Source: Seison nebaliae | Lineage: Eukaryota | Assembly (NCBI GenBank): GCA_023231475.1 | Contig: JALJEE010002282.1 | Location: forward strand, 62,001-126,000 | Reading direction: 5' to 3' | DNA length: 64,000 nucleotides | Part shown: one piece after another, positions 1 through 14,335 of the stretch | Layout: every line of letters starts with the position of its first letter | Position numbering within the stretch: position 1 is the first letter of the stretch | Program-made: the position numbers and the translations under genes | The notes under the pieces: generated by a model | What the model was told of the DNA's origin: nothing | Seen by the model: the letters and a program-made list of their open reading frames with translations, nothing else | The model's database searches: none

Positions 1-1497
1 TCACTCCACTTCCTTCTCCCTCAACCTGTTTATTTATCAGAACATCTAAATATTTGTGAAGCTTATCAGTCTTTCCAAACGCCTCCTCTACTGTCAGTGA
101 GAGAAGACTAGTTTGAAAGTAGTACTTTTACTTATTACCGTTCCTACTAATTGTTTTCATCATCAAAACAACAGTTGTTTGAATGGCATGCGATTTGTAC
201 AAGTTTCTCTACCAATTATTCATTCAACTACTTTATGTTCTCATCAAATCGAAACAAACAAAAAAAATAAAGTTGTAAGAGAGAATTGAATACATTTGAT
301 GTTTCACATAATTCCAAAAAATGAGAAAAGATGAATAATATGTTCATACCAACCCAATCTGGAAGTTCCCGTTTCGTCATCGAGTGACACAGCTCCACAG
401 ACTAATGCCGATACGGTAAATCTGGCAAGATGGAATAAACGCATTTCATATTGTTGCTTAGTCAGAAATGACTCCTCCTCGCTAAGTGACTTAATGTTGG
501 CTAATAGTCGTCTTAAAATATTCGTCATAATTTCGAAGGAATTGGCGGGAGCATTATTGAATAAAACGATGGAGAAAGCGGAACACAAATCTGCCGTTCT
601 CAATTTGAAAGTATTACTTGTTCCTCTTTTCGTCTGGAGTTGTTTTATGGGAAGGTTTTAATACAAATATAAACATTCTTATCAATGGAATGGAGAAAGG
701 AACTTGAAGTGAGAGAAACCATTCGTTCATGATAATTAATGGTTTGTTTGTTGAAGTTTTCGATAACCAAACATTATCACTTCTCAAATGACCGTGTATA
801 TAACCTAGATGACGAGTGTTCATAAAACATGGAATCATTTCAAGAGAAACCGTTATTCAACAATCTTACCACTCTCCTCATCAATAACTTGTTGGATAAT
901 AATTGAAATCTCTCGAATATTTCCCCTTTCACCGCATCTACTTGACGAGGTGACGCCTTGAAATAATTATCGACCGCTTCGTCCCAAGTTGCCAAACCAT
1001 AAATCCAAGTTGATATAGCGAAACATAAATCTCGAGTGCACCACGACTCTTTATAACGACCCGAATTCCCGTAAGGCAAAGTGACACAAGACGTTTTCAA
1101 CTGAATAATCTCCTTCTCTAACAAATATTGGGGAGTGAATTTCCTACGCAATTTCGTATTCGAATCATCCGAATCGAAATTAAGAGCGAACACTGTAACG
1201 GAATGATCGAATACATGTAATAGATATTTCGTCCCTGCTATGCTCACCTAATAAGAGTCTGCTAATCAGTTTACTTAGAAGAATCAAAATCAACTTCACC
1301 AGATGATGGTATCAATATCACTTCGAAAACAGTCTGTGTTGACAAGGTCTTCTTCCACCCATATGAATCGTAGTAGTATTTATTGCCATTATAACTGTGA
1401 ACAGTGAATGATGAGGAAATATCATTGTCATAAACGAGGTATGACTCACCCAAGAGAAAAAGAAAGAAAAAATTTAGTATTTTATTTACTCTAATCA
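1..1497 (-). CDS. Multi-exon protein kinase-like (probable pseudokinase) gene, running off the window start
   Basis: ORFs 840..1247, 614..838 and 304..603 join through short GTT...AG introns to give 'RLLNN|GYIHGHLRSDNVWL' (catalytic-loop-like, lacking HRD) and 'RTADLCSAFSIVLF' (subdomain IX-like). Start uncertain. Confidence 0.5.
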
Positions 1498-4400
1498 TTT
1501 CAAAATAGTGTGAAATTGATGTCAATATTCAAATGTTAATTGATTATGTTTCATTTTATTTTGATGTGCTTCATCGGTCATTACCATGGCAATGATATTA
1601 TGAGTCGACAATCCAATTAAATTCTTCCGTTACCACTCCAGTTTGAATTGTCATTAAAATTCCTTCTCCCACTCATTTGAAATTTAGCCTTGTCCTTCCA
1701 TTTTCTCCCTTTAGCCACTCTTTCCATACATTAAATTGAACTTTAAAGAAATTCAAATTTTGCTTCATTCACATCTAATAGAAATTTAAAACTGTACAGT
1801 GCACAGAAAATGTTGAAATTAAAAGAGTGAATTACAACACGAACACACACTGTCTCTCTGAACAATGACAAATGACATGATGATACGATGGGGCTGTGAA
1901 CCGAAAACGACGTCAGACAATTTTGTTTGAAGGGAAAGAAACTGAATAAATTATTCAGATATTACTTAATATTTAATTGGCCCATGACGAAGCTTATGAT
2001 AATTGACGAAAAGAAATTTTATTCTGACCATATGCAACTACTTGGAGTTAACGCACCTTCCGGGTCAAATAGAAGAGTGAATACAGTGACTAATTACATG
2101 AAAGTAAAAGGAAGAAGACTGAATAAGAATAAGATAAAATTTCGAGGCGGCTCACAATGCTGAAGATGTTTATTGGATCTCGTGAGACGATGAGAAGTTC
2201 TTTATTGAATATTGCATTCATTTTGTTGACATAACATTCTAATTAAACTGCTTCTATTCGCTTTCGTAAACGTTAAGGGCACGATCGATGGAAAGCAGCG
2301 AAACTGTTGAGAAACATATAAACGTCTTACATTACATCTCTATGAATAAATATTAGATTGTATGCTTTGTTGGAGTCACGTCCTATTGAAAACAAATGTG
2401 CAAATGTAAAACGACGATCGGTTCATGCCAAGTTCATCTGCAATCGATGGATGAGGCGTAAATGGGCATACAATCATCTCACAACGGAAGTCAATTTATC
2501 TTCCATTCATTATTCGTCTGATTTGATTTGAATGTTATCAATTATCGCCGGTGTGTTTCACACAATTTTCATATCACTCTTCGTTTTATCGTGGAATGAG
2601 AATATTTTCGCCGATACGAACACGACTAAAGTGTATCTTCATTAATCCTTAAATGTTTTCCTTTTTTCCTTTATACAAAATAAAGAATTTCTACTTCATC
2701 AACCATTTGAACTAGATGATCGAATCAATCGATGATGCTAATGAATGGATCAATTTCGAAGAAGTTATTTCATGACGCTTTCTCACCACCCCCACTTCTC
2801 CAACCAATAGTCGTCTTCCATATATCGGAATGAATATGGAATTATGTAATTGAATTGAATCAGAATTAGATGAGATTTCTTCTCAACGAACTCAATAGAG
2901 ATACATTCCAGTTATTTAATTCGACAATCATATGCACAAGTGTCGATGATAATTTGATTAATCTTTTCTGCTTCATCTTCAATTTATCGAACAATATCCA
3001 TAAAATGTTGAAGAATCTTCACATTCGAATTCTTCTCTAATATTCTCACTTCACCAAATTCTTTTCGATCAACATGAGTGATTCATGTTAATTAAATGAT
3101 ATTATTCCAATTCTCTCATTCTTTGTCATCGGATTGATGCAATTGATAATATACCATTTTTCCTCCTCCATTAGATTCGATATGTTAATTCTCGTCGAAA
3201 GTAATGGCAGTTAAATTAGTGTGTAAAGAAACATTATCCGAAAAAAAAAACGTTTACTACTCATCGCATCTCCACGTCATTGTAGAAAGGAGAAACTTTA
3301 TGAGAAAGATGACCTGTCAACTTCTACTTTATTAAACGAGCATATGATACCGATCAATTGACGAATAACTCCCGCGACGAGCACAATTCATCAAATTCCT
3401 ACTCAATCAGTATTCGTAGTGCTCTCTCTCATCCCCATTAACCAATCAGAAAAAAAAACTTTTCTTTATTCGCAGATCGAACATTTTTTCATTTTATTTT
3501 TTCATAAATTTTCCGAAAATTTACTCTTAATTACGGAAATCTTTTTCATCTCGAAATCTCTTCCGTTTTTTCCAAATTAAAATTTCTCCAAAAGAATTCT
3601 CATTTAAATTTAAATTTCTGGAAAGAATTTTAATTTTTTCTATTGAAATTTTTGGAATAGAATTTCATTTTTAAACTGAAATTTCTCGGAAACAATGTGA
3701 ATTTGAGTTCAATTAAAGTTTTTTTAAGAAAAGTAAAATTGGAATTTTTTTGAAAGTAAACTTCTGGGAGGAATTAACTCGAATTTCGGTAGAGTGATTT
3801 TTAAATGGAGAAATATTAGTAATTAGTCAGTGATTGGAACAGTAGTTGTCAGTATTTGGAAAGGAATTACGCTCGTTATAATAACAGAGAACGTAATGTC
3901 AATAGATCAAATGTTAGACGTTCTCAAGGAGAAACGTGCGATGATGACGATCTTATTCATTATTGCCGTTCCTTTCCTTATGGTGCGCGTCGATATATGT
4001 AGATGTGATCGAACAATAAATATTAAGTAATTGTTACAATAATTGTTTAATTCGTATATTTAATTGTGGAATTCATTCTTTTCTCCCCTTTCAATCTTCG
4101 TCGCCAGGAAAAAGAAAAAAAAACCGGTTGATCTGATCTATGATGGAGCAACAGATACATCACAGTGAGACATCTATAGAAGATCAATCAATGGAGGTAT
4201 TTAGATAGATATTTAGATGTCTCGTTCGAGATCCCTTTGCAACTTGATTATCTGACGACCTTCTTCTGTTTGTATTGGCATCGATAGACGTCATGATTCT
4301 CAATAGATGTCATTTGACATTGAAACGGAATTATGAGAGATAAGAATGAATCGATTCTCCAACGTTATTTCCTTTTTAAACAATAATCGAATGTGTAAAA

Positions 4401-5333
4401 GAGAAAATTGGGGAATAGAATTGAGGACTAATGATGAAGCTGAGGATGTGTTGGTGTTAGTACAAGAAAGTGGTAAGGATGAAGAATGAAACAAGAAAAT
4501 GTTTGAAGAAAATTCTCTACGCCTCTTTACATGTTCTTCCCCATGAAAATTTTGTCTTTCCTATTGAATCGATCAAATATTAGATTAAACCGTTTCTTCT
4601 TTTCCTTCTTCTGTTGCAATTTTCACCAATTTATCATGCAGCTTCTCCACAACACAACATGTTTATCATCCATTCTTGGAGAACACCGTTATCATCTCTC
4701 CAACGAGTTGTCTGTTGGATTCATTAATAATATTCATTAAATACACATTAAATAAAATAAAATCTGAAAAAAACTTTTCTCAAATTTTCATTCATCTTTC
4801 AATTTTTTAAAAATATCTCTCAATTTGTACTAGGGAAATTGAGAAGGAAATTGGCGGGCGGCGTCTTCAATAAAAGGGAATTGTTTTCTTTTTCTTGGAC
4901 AACGACAGATTGTGTATCAATAATTTTTTTTCCAGATCCGATACGTCTTAGAAATAATATTAGGCAATTAATTAATGAATGATGGTAAAATAAATAGAGG
5001 ATGTTAGTTGTCTATAAATTGGAATGAAATCTCGTTGAGAAGTAAATTTTTTGTAAAATGTTCTTTATCATTACTATTCATTCTTCTACCAACTGAATGA
5101 ATTCTTGAAGTAGATTTTCCAATAATTTCACTTTATTAGATATCCGATACAATAATTTTCATTAAGAAAAGTTTCCTGCTTTTTTTTCTTTCTCTCCACC
5201 TCCTATTTGAAAATGTCCATTTTACATGAAATTTCACTAATTAATAATTCATTTCGTATTCGACATTCTACTTCACATTTTGCGACGCATCATTTCCATC
5301 AGTAGATAAATATCACATTCATGGATTAAGTGA

Positions 5334-7135
5334 ATGGATCCAAACCATTTCTTAGTAAACCGATGTAAAGTGGAACAATCCCAAAGGTTACCGTTCCAAC
5401 TGAAAGTAGATCGGAATGACGCCAATCTATTGGGTAAATTGCAAGATGTCTTACATAATTCTTCCACTTACAATTCATCATCATCAACATCAGGAGAAAT
5501 TAATGAAAATCTTATAAATAATCTTCCGTCATCCATCACCACTTTCACCACCACCACCATCACATCATCATCAACAACCATAACACCATCATCATCATCA
5601 TCATCAACAACAACAACACCATCATCGTCATCTATAACCAGTGCATTGACAAATGAGCAGAAGATTCAATCCTATCGGAATACATTTCAAATGATTCTCA
5701 GTAATTTGATGTATAGTTCTAGTTCGAGTGTAGAAGGGAATTTGGCGACACTCAATAACAATCAAACCATCACCACCACCGTCAATAATGCGGAGAAAGG
5801 GTTGGTGATGAATACTAACCAATATTCGAATGGAAACGGTAGAAATGTGGAATGTGCTAACGTCAAATGTAAAAGAGAAACGATTGAGAAGAAGACAAAT
5901 TCGTCCGGTAACTATGTCTCAGCGGCTTGTGTGGTTTGTGAAGATAAGAGTAGTGGGAAACATTACGGACAATTTACGTGTGAAGGTTGCAAGAGTTTCT
6001 TCAAGAGAAGTATACGACGCGATCTCAGATATTCTTGTAAATCGATGAAGAATTGTCATATTGATATCAATCATCGGAATCAATGTCAATTTTGTCGATT
6101 ACAGAAATGTCTCATGAAAGGAATGAAGCCGGAAGGTTTAAAAATTAATTGAAAATTTTCCATTTATTTTTTCCATTCTTCTTCATAGCCGTTCAGCGAG
6201 GTCGCGGGTCCATCATTCCCAAAGGTGAACAGTCGGGTCTCCAATCCAACGAGAATAAAATTAATTGCAACAATCATTTTCCCAACAATAGACAAACGAT
6301 TAACAACAATAACAACATTAATAAAAATTTTGTAGACAATGATCAAAATTCGTTTAATGAGAATAAGAGTCAATTGTTAAATAATTTAACGAGCTTATTC
6401 CCAATGAACAATATGAATAATATCAGTCGCAATCCAACGAGAAAACGTCATTTTCCCATCGACATCACTGACGAGCAAATCGATTACACATCATCAATGA
6501 TCGATGCATTGCGAGAGAGTGAAGATAATGTCTGTAAAATTTTCCAATTGAATTCTTTGAGATATTTGAAAGAGAATAGATTTATCTCCTTTTTTCTCAT
6601 TCCTCTCTTCGTCAGTCAACGAACATTAACTTTCTCGGAGAAATTACTTCAGGAATTAGTCAAATATTCAACCACAATAAATAATGAAAATCCTTTTACT
6701 TTGATGACTATATTGACGAAATTAAATAAATTGTCTATCGCTCTCCAAATCGATGAGAATGACAGGAAATTTCTCATTATTCTTATTGTCAGTAAACTCC
6801 AACAAATGTTCTCAATCACCATCACATCGAATGAATTCCTCACGAATGTCATCTCGAAATCCTCGAAAGAAACCAACCGATATCGTCACTTGATCGAAGC
6901 GAGTTCACTTTATGTTTGTGCAATTACACCATATGTAGATATTATTAAGAAATCTACTGGAAATACCCCTGCAACATCTACTTACAATTGTGGAACTACC
7001 GTCTCGTCATCTGTCGGTAACTTAGGAAAATTGGTAACGATTCAAGCATTCATTGCCAACTGGTATGAGAAACTGGATGGTAAAAGAAAATTCAATGGCG
7101 CCACATTTACGATCGAAAATATTTTGGCTTATTAA
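5334..7135 (+). CDS. NR2F: Nuclear receptor with COUP-TF/seven-up (NR2F)-type DNA-binding domain and highly divergent C-terminal region; one intron ~6136-6188
   Basis: [28 protein letters not shown]...[13 protein letters not shown]...GMKPE|AVQRGR matches the COUP-TF DBD and T-box; the GTTTAA...CATAG intron restores EAVQRGR. Confidence 0.88.
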
Positions 7136-9819
7136 CATCTTTTTCACTCTTGCTTCTTTTCATCTTTTTCCTTCTTTTTCATCGAATTTATTTAAGAGAA
7201 TTTTCTTCGAATGTTTTCAAATTTAACGATTTTAACCACCAATAAATTTTGTATTACCACAAATTTTCTTCTTTTTCATTTCTTACGCACAAAGCAGATG
7301 ACGCACAACTTAGACCAATTTATCACTCTAATTTGTGGATACCTAAATTTAAAATTTTTTTATGTTTGAACTTTACTATTAGTAACAATTCTTCTTGGGT
7401 GGTGGTTGTAGCTAAATCTGGGTAGCATGACGTTTAGTAACTAATCGCTATATCTCTAATTTTGTAATTATTTTCCATTAGTGAACTCAATTTTGAGTTG
7501 AATTATTCAACTTCAATATTTTTTTATAGTTTTCGATTTCAAATGATTGTTATAATTAATTATATCAATCTGATGCTAGAGTTAGGCCATTTTAAATGAA
7601 ATCATCTTGTTTAAACAATGAATTTCAATCGTTTTAACAATGAGAATATTAGTTAGAAATTTAAACGACTTTAGAATCACAATTTGTGATAACGTTCCGA
7701 TTGCTAACTAACAAAGAGTCGTAAGTTAGAGCGTCTTAAAATGTCTTAAGTCTCTAGATGACGATCTAAGTATGATGATCCAAAACATAAAACATGATAT
7801 AAACCATGACAAAAGTGGAACGATCCACTTGGTCGAGGGTGTTTGTTTTGGCCAGAAGGAGCATTGTGGGGAATAAAACCTTGTTGAGATGACCGAAAAT
7901 TCAAATATAAGATGGTTATAAGAACAGTCGATAACTTAAAGTAATAATAAGTAACATTTTAAAAATTAAAATTTAATTATTCTCGAAAAATTAAAATTTT
8001 TGATTGAAAAACTGCCTTATAAAATAGTAGTGCATACAACGAAAAAATTTATTTGCATATAAATTTTAAGAGTATACATTTTCCTCCACAATTTTGTTTT
8101 TAAATTAAAGATCCCGAGTACATGTATCCTTACTTGCAAGTAAGGATATATAATTATTTATTTAAATATAATTCCAATTTGGATAAAATATAAAAAAGTT
8201 GGATAATCCGTTGAATAATAATATAATGTACAATATCATAAGGAAAGACTGAATCATATATATATACAGTAGATGAAGAGCCATGAAAAGAAACAGAAAG
8301 TACACTATCGATTCAATTCAATTTTTTCTGGACAAACGATTTTGTTCGTGCCATTTTCTCACGGTACCTATTTTGAACTCTTCTCACGGTACCTAACAAG
8401 TGCTTTATGTAACCTGTAAGTGCTTTCTTTTTCATTCGTGGCACTTCCATTCTTTTTATCGTTGATCTTCGACGATATATTTGCGCCCTTTCTTTATTAT
8501 CATATTAATAACCTAAAAATGAGATAAAAAATATTATGAAAATGAATATAAACCTTAAAATTTCTATTCTAAAAATAATAAGATAAGAAGCTCGTTTATA
8601 TATATTCATTGAAAATTACAATCCAAATTCGTTTGTTTAAATTTTATTTCGACTATTTTCCAATTGACATTTAACTCGATTAATACAAATTAACTGTCGT
8701 TAATGTGCGATAAGGAAAGATATAAAATATTGGCATGTTTTGCCGATGCTAATAATATCTTTGAAACTACATAACCTCTTCTGTTTATTTTTCACTTATA
8801 TCATTTGATTCTCATATTCATATTTATCATTTGCTGGATGAAAAAAATGAACCAACATAAAGTAATTTATCCGTAACCGCAATCAAATTTATTATTACTC
8901 TTCAAAACTAATTAATCGCTCTTCTCAGGGTTATAATTAAAATGTGAATTTTCCTTCAAATCCACATCAATACATTTTACCATGACTAGTACAGTCAAAC
9001 TAATGTACTTAAAGAAAAGAGCATTCAAATAAATTTAGTTCAGTTATAATATTATTATTATTTTTTGTTGAGGTGTGTAAAATCCGCTAAGGCATGTAAA
9101 AATCATCTATTCCGATTTTGTAAATTTTGAAAAGTTGTGAACATTAAATCTTTTTCTTTTAACTTCGTTTTCCTGGACAATAATTTTTATTCTTTGTTAT
9201 ATTATTTTTATTAAAAGTAAATTTCAGCAAATGAAACCTACGATTCTCATAACTACGATTTGCGAAGAGTATAAGCTTAGAACTTTTAGGTGATTAATCC
9301 TCTGTTGATTTGTGGAGATGATTTTCCGGGTATCGCTGCCAATGACAATAGTTTATGACAGTGACAGTTAATGAAAAAATGTATTGTTATATAACTTCAA
9401 ACTTTGTAACTTCGTATTATAGAAATTACAAATTGTAATTTACAATTATTGAAGATTTTTCTATGATAAATAGAATTTACGTTCTTTCATTCCAAGTTTC
9501 ATAAGAAATTATGCAGTCATTGGCTTTAAAAATTTTGGTGCTCTCATTTCATGATTAATATACTACATTTAACTGTAACAACATTGCTAATTTTTATCTT
9601 TTTATCTTTCATGAAGTTATTTATAGGAAACATTTTACATCAAAAAATTGTTGTTCACTAATCGGAAATTTTCTTAAAACATGCAATTTGATATAGAATC
9701 TTAATAACAAGTTCTAACAAGTTCGATATATTTTTATTAAATTTTAATTCACCCTAATTAGTAACTAAAATTTTTTCACGTGGAATTTTCTTCAAACCGG
9801 AAAGTGGATTTTTAACTTT

Positions 9820-12371
9820 ATGATAACTTCACGAAACTTAAATGTTTTCATTTCTTTTGTTTTTGTGAGAATTGGAGCATTCTTGAAAATTTTGGTTTTG
9901 TGATGGATGGTGAAAATCAATTAATCGAAAAGGAAACAATTAAATTAAATTATTCTTGTTAGAAGGATTCAATTGGCATCGAAGTGTAACAGGCGCAAAA
10001 CGAAAGAGAAATATTATCGTGACCTTTCTTTCCCAATGAAGTGTGTTGAGAATTGAAGAAGAGTTGTCTAAATAAGAGAACGAACATTCGTGTTTCTTTA
10101 AAAATCTTAACGATAAGTGGGACACATGTTGGAATATTTCAATTTTTGTTTATTCTACGAACGATTATTGAAATGGGAGAAATGAAGTTTTCATATTCCA
10201 TTGTCAGTATATGTGTAGTCTAATCGAACGTTGTTCTTGAATATTTAATAAGTTGATGACAGGAGGAAGAAAAAATTCGCTTGCACCAAACATTTAGGTC
10301 ATTATTCGCTCTGGGTCATTTGCATCGAACGTAAATTCTTATAAAGATCGGTCACTTATGTGCGAAGAAGAGAGACTTGATCTACACGAATACGATATGG
10401 AATAGATTCAAGGACTTCTCTCCAAATACAGAAATCTTTACTTCTCGATAAGGAAGAGTGGGAAATAAAAATAGAAAAATTTTTGTGGAAATTAACAGAA
10501 TTGTTTTATACGTTTTAGAAATGAGAGTCGGTCGATCTAAAACTGCCATTGATATATCGAACGTAAAAGAAAACATCAAGTCAACTAATCGATTACGAAC
10601 AGGAAAACTGAAAGGAAATGAACAACTAGGTAGTAGTTATTTGAAGTTTTGAAATAAACAATTCTTTTCTTAGGACCTAAACTGCCTCACATCCGAATCA
10701 CTCAAGACGATATGTCAACTTCGATGTGTTTCAAAGAATTTTTTGAACACTTCAAATATTGTGGTTTGATTTATGATGAAAATGTCCAATTGAGTAACGT
10801 ATACACTTTAGGCAATTATAATCAATATTGGGATTTGTTGAAAGCGAAAAATGATTTTGGAATAAACGAATTATTCATAGAAGATTTTATCCTATCACAA
10901 ACTATCAACGATAAACGAAGTATTTATAAATTGTGGGAAAATGGAGAAATTAAAGATTTTAATCCGAATAATTTCGATTTGTTGGAACGTGAAGAAAAGT
11001 TAATATTTTCCCGATTTATAATTATTCATTGTCATTCAAGTGAGTTAAATTTAAGTTTGGTTGACGAAATGTTTGAGAGTGAAAAAACTGAAGCGACGGA
11101 AGATATCGGAGAGAATGAAAATGTTGTGAAAGATAAAGAAGAGAATCCGTTCGATGATCGGAATTTTAATCATTTCGCTTTATCATTGAAATGGAACTCC
11201 ATGAAAGTTACAGAACGAATTTATTTTATAAACGATTGTCGGAAATTCCAAAGAAAATTAAATCGAAGAAAGAAGAATGTTTAAAAAAGAATTTTGAAAT
11301 TCCTTTAAAATTATCTTCAATTTTCTTATTAAAGATTAGAAGGACATATTTGAATCGCTGGAAAAGTGATTTGGAAGTCATCGAGAAAGAAATAGAAGAG
11401 AAAGAACTTGAATTGGAGGAGAAAAAAGAATATTTCAATGAAATATCGGATGAATATTCAGTGCGAATTGACGAATCGATTAAGAAACGGAATTATGTTA
11501 AACAAAAATGTTTGGATGAAGCTGATAAGCGATTACAATTAATTCGAGAAGATCGTGATTTGAAACGTCAGGAAAGGAAAAAAATTCATGAAGTAAAACT
11601 GAAGAATTTTCGAAGTTTGTACAAGGAAAAATTGAAAGTTAGAAATTTATAAAAATAATATAAAAAATATTAAAAATTTTAAGAAATTTAGTCAACTGAA
11701 AAATGATGCTGAGAATGATGATGAAATTTTTAAGATAAGAGAAGACGAACAAAAATATTATGTGGAGCACGAGAAAAATATTCAGGAGGAATGTTTCGAT
11801 TATGACGAGAAAGAAGAAGAGATCGATAAAGAAGAAGAAAATGAAGATAATCAAATTTATGGTTTGTTTTTTATGGAAAATTTTAAAAAATTAATGTTGT
11901 TCTAGCTAAAGACAATAGAGAAGAAGAAGAATTGATGGAGAAAGAGGATGAAGAATGTAAAAAGATTAAAGAAGAAGCTACTCGTCAAGTGAAATTCTTC
12001 GGAAATCTACTCCTAACTCTGCAGAACGATCTGATTCAATTGAAAGAAAGACAGAGTGATTTGAGTGGGAAGATTAATGAGATGGAGGAGTTGCAAGAGA
12101 AAGAAAGTGAAGAGATCATCAAACTCCAAAGTTGAACAAATTAATTTTTTGATTTAAAAACTCTAAGAAAATTTTAGTGACAATCGATGAGAAGGTGGAG
12201 AATAGTAAGAATGAACTGAAAGAAATTATCAATTCGAAATATACGAAATTAATTCGAGTTCGTGAGAAGAATATGAGTCGAAGAAGAGACCTATTCAGTT
12301 TAATTCATACACAAGCTAAAACTCGTCCATTTAATTACACGTACAATATTACGTGGCCGATGCGAAGATAA
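9820..12371 (+). CDS. Multi-exon E/K-rich coiled-coil protein of unknown family; 5' end uncertain
   Basis: Chain of + strand ORFs (10458, 10712, 11191, 11932, 12177) separated by short AT-rich GT...AG segments; E/K-rich heptad-like sequence. Confidence 0.55.
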
Positions 12372-12707
12372 AAAGAGATTTATTTTTAATTCGATAAAAC
12401 TTTTATATTCTCTAATTTTCATTGAAATTTCAAACCGAATTAAATGAACGACTCAATTTTAAGTATTCATTTGAATAATTAATTATATCTCTTTATATAT
12501 CATCTCTGTATTAATTAAATGAATAATTGATATTTCCTTCTTTTATAAACATCTCCATTAAAATAAACAAATTTTTTACAAACATTTTTAAGGGGGAAAA
12601 AGACATAGAGATATATTCAAATAATCAGTTTAATTGAGGAATAATTTCTTAATTAAATCCTCTTCCATTGTTATCCCATTCCCAATGAATTAATAAAATG
12701 TCTTAAA

Positions 12708-13924
12708 ATGAAAAAAGAGGAAAAAGTTATTTTTCGTGACATTTCCCAAAATGTTTCATTTGAAATTAGAAAGAAGATTTAAGAGAGGAAGAAGAGAAGA
12801 TGAATTTGAGACAAAAGAAAAATTATTTCACAATTTTTCTTGTCGTTCTATTATATTGGTTATTTTGAATTTGAAATGTGAAAAAAATTATTGAAATTTT
12901 CATCTATTCGTATTCTTTCCAGGATATGTTCCATCTCGATGGTTTTTATCAATAAACATTTATTAAGCAATACTAAAGATCCGGTTAGTGAAATGTGTGT
13001 AAAAAATTGAATATTCTTTTTATAGTTGGAAGCACCGATTTTTATAACCTGGTCACAATGTGTCATTTCCGTTCTAATTTATTTGGTGACGGATTTGTTG
13101 CCGAAACAACGGAAAATTTTACCAGCCATAAATTTTAATTGGAATGAAATGTATGCGACGTTACCGTTGGCGTTCGTTTTCATGGGAATGATATCATTCA
13201 ATAATTTCTGTCTGAAATTTGTGCACGTCTCATTTTATACGGTGGCGAGATCATTAACTTTAATTTTCAATATCGTTAGTGAATTTATGAGATTTTTACG
13301 ATTTTTAAATTTTGATAGATATTGACTTATGTAATTTTGGGAGAGAAGACGTCTTTGAAGACTTGTGGAAGTGCAGCGGTGGTGATTAGTGGATTTGTTC
13401 TGGGAATTAATGAAGAGAATCGATTGATCGATCTCAATTGGATAGGAGTAATATTTGGAATTTGTGCGAGTTTGTTTGTTGCTTTGAATGCAATTTTTAT
13501 GAAACGAACAATACCGAAAGTGCAAGACAGTATTTGGAGGACTGCCTATTATTTGAATTTAAATAGTACTATAATTTTCATTCCACTAATCACTGTTCTG
13601 GGTGAATGGCCACTCATCTATCACTACAAATTACTCTTCTCCATCAAATGGATATGTTCGATGGTTGTGGCGGGAGTACTCGGATTTTCCATGACTGCCG
13701 TCTCCGGTTTACAAATCCAATATACTTCTGCTCTCACTCACAATATTAGTGGAACAGCTAAAGCATGTGCTCAAACCGTTCTTGCAGTAATTGCTTTTAA
13801 TGAAAGTAAAAATTTATTATGGTGGATGTCAAATTTATTGATATTGGGCGGGTCGTCGTTATATACTCATATTCGTCGTATGGAAATGGAAGAGAAGAAA
13901 CTGCCGAGGACATTAGGGAAATAA
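12708..13924 (+). CDS. SLC35C1: GDP-fucose transporter (SLC35C1-like), 5 exons
   Basis: SISMVFINKHLL, APIFITWSQC, FNNFCLKFVHVSFYTVARSLT and TSALTHNISGTAKACAQTVLA motifs; four GTT...AG introns keep the frame. Confidence 0.9.
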
Positions 13925-14335
13925 GTTCAATTTTTTAAGGTATCTTTATAAAGCTTAAATTGAAATATGAAAATGGAATTGAATTTGATTGTGGGAGGAA
14001 AAAATTCGTTTTTCATTTATAGAAGTAGGAATGAATAATGAATAAATAAATATTAATCGTATATTCGTATCAACATTACTTTTGTTTTCCGTCATTGCTC
14101 TGTTTATTCTGCTGAGTTGCGTGCACATCAATATAGATTTATCGCCATCGTTTTCCTTTTCCCCAATCCATTATCATCATTTGTGGAGTGATGAGAGGAA
14201 TGGATAGAGACATCCAATATGTAATAATTTGTTGAATTGAAAATAAAATAAACTTCTTCTCATCATTTCCTTTCCGTTCCATAGAACCGTGGCATGGTAA
14301 TGATAGATTAATAAAATTGTTTTGGTGATAATTTA

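Noticed and set aside
603..850. Apparent frameshifts suggesting a kinase pseudogene
   Set aside because: Short GTT...AG introns restore a continuous frame.
5476..5640. TCA/ACC/ACA trinucleotide runs
   Set aside because: Ordinary Ser/Thr low-complexity coding sequence in the receptor N-terminus.
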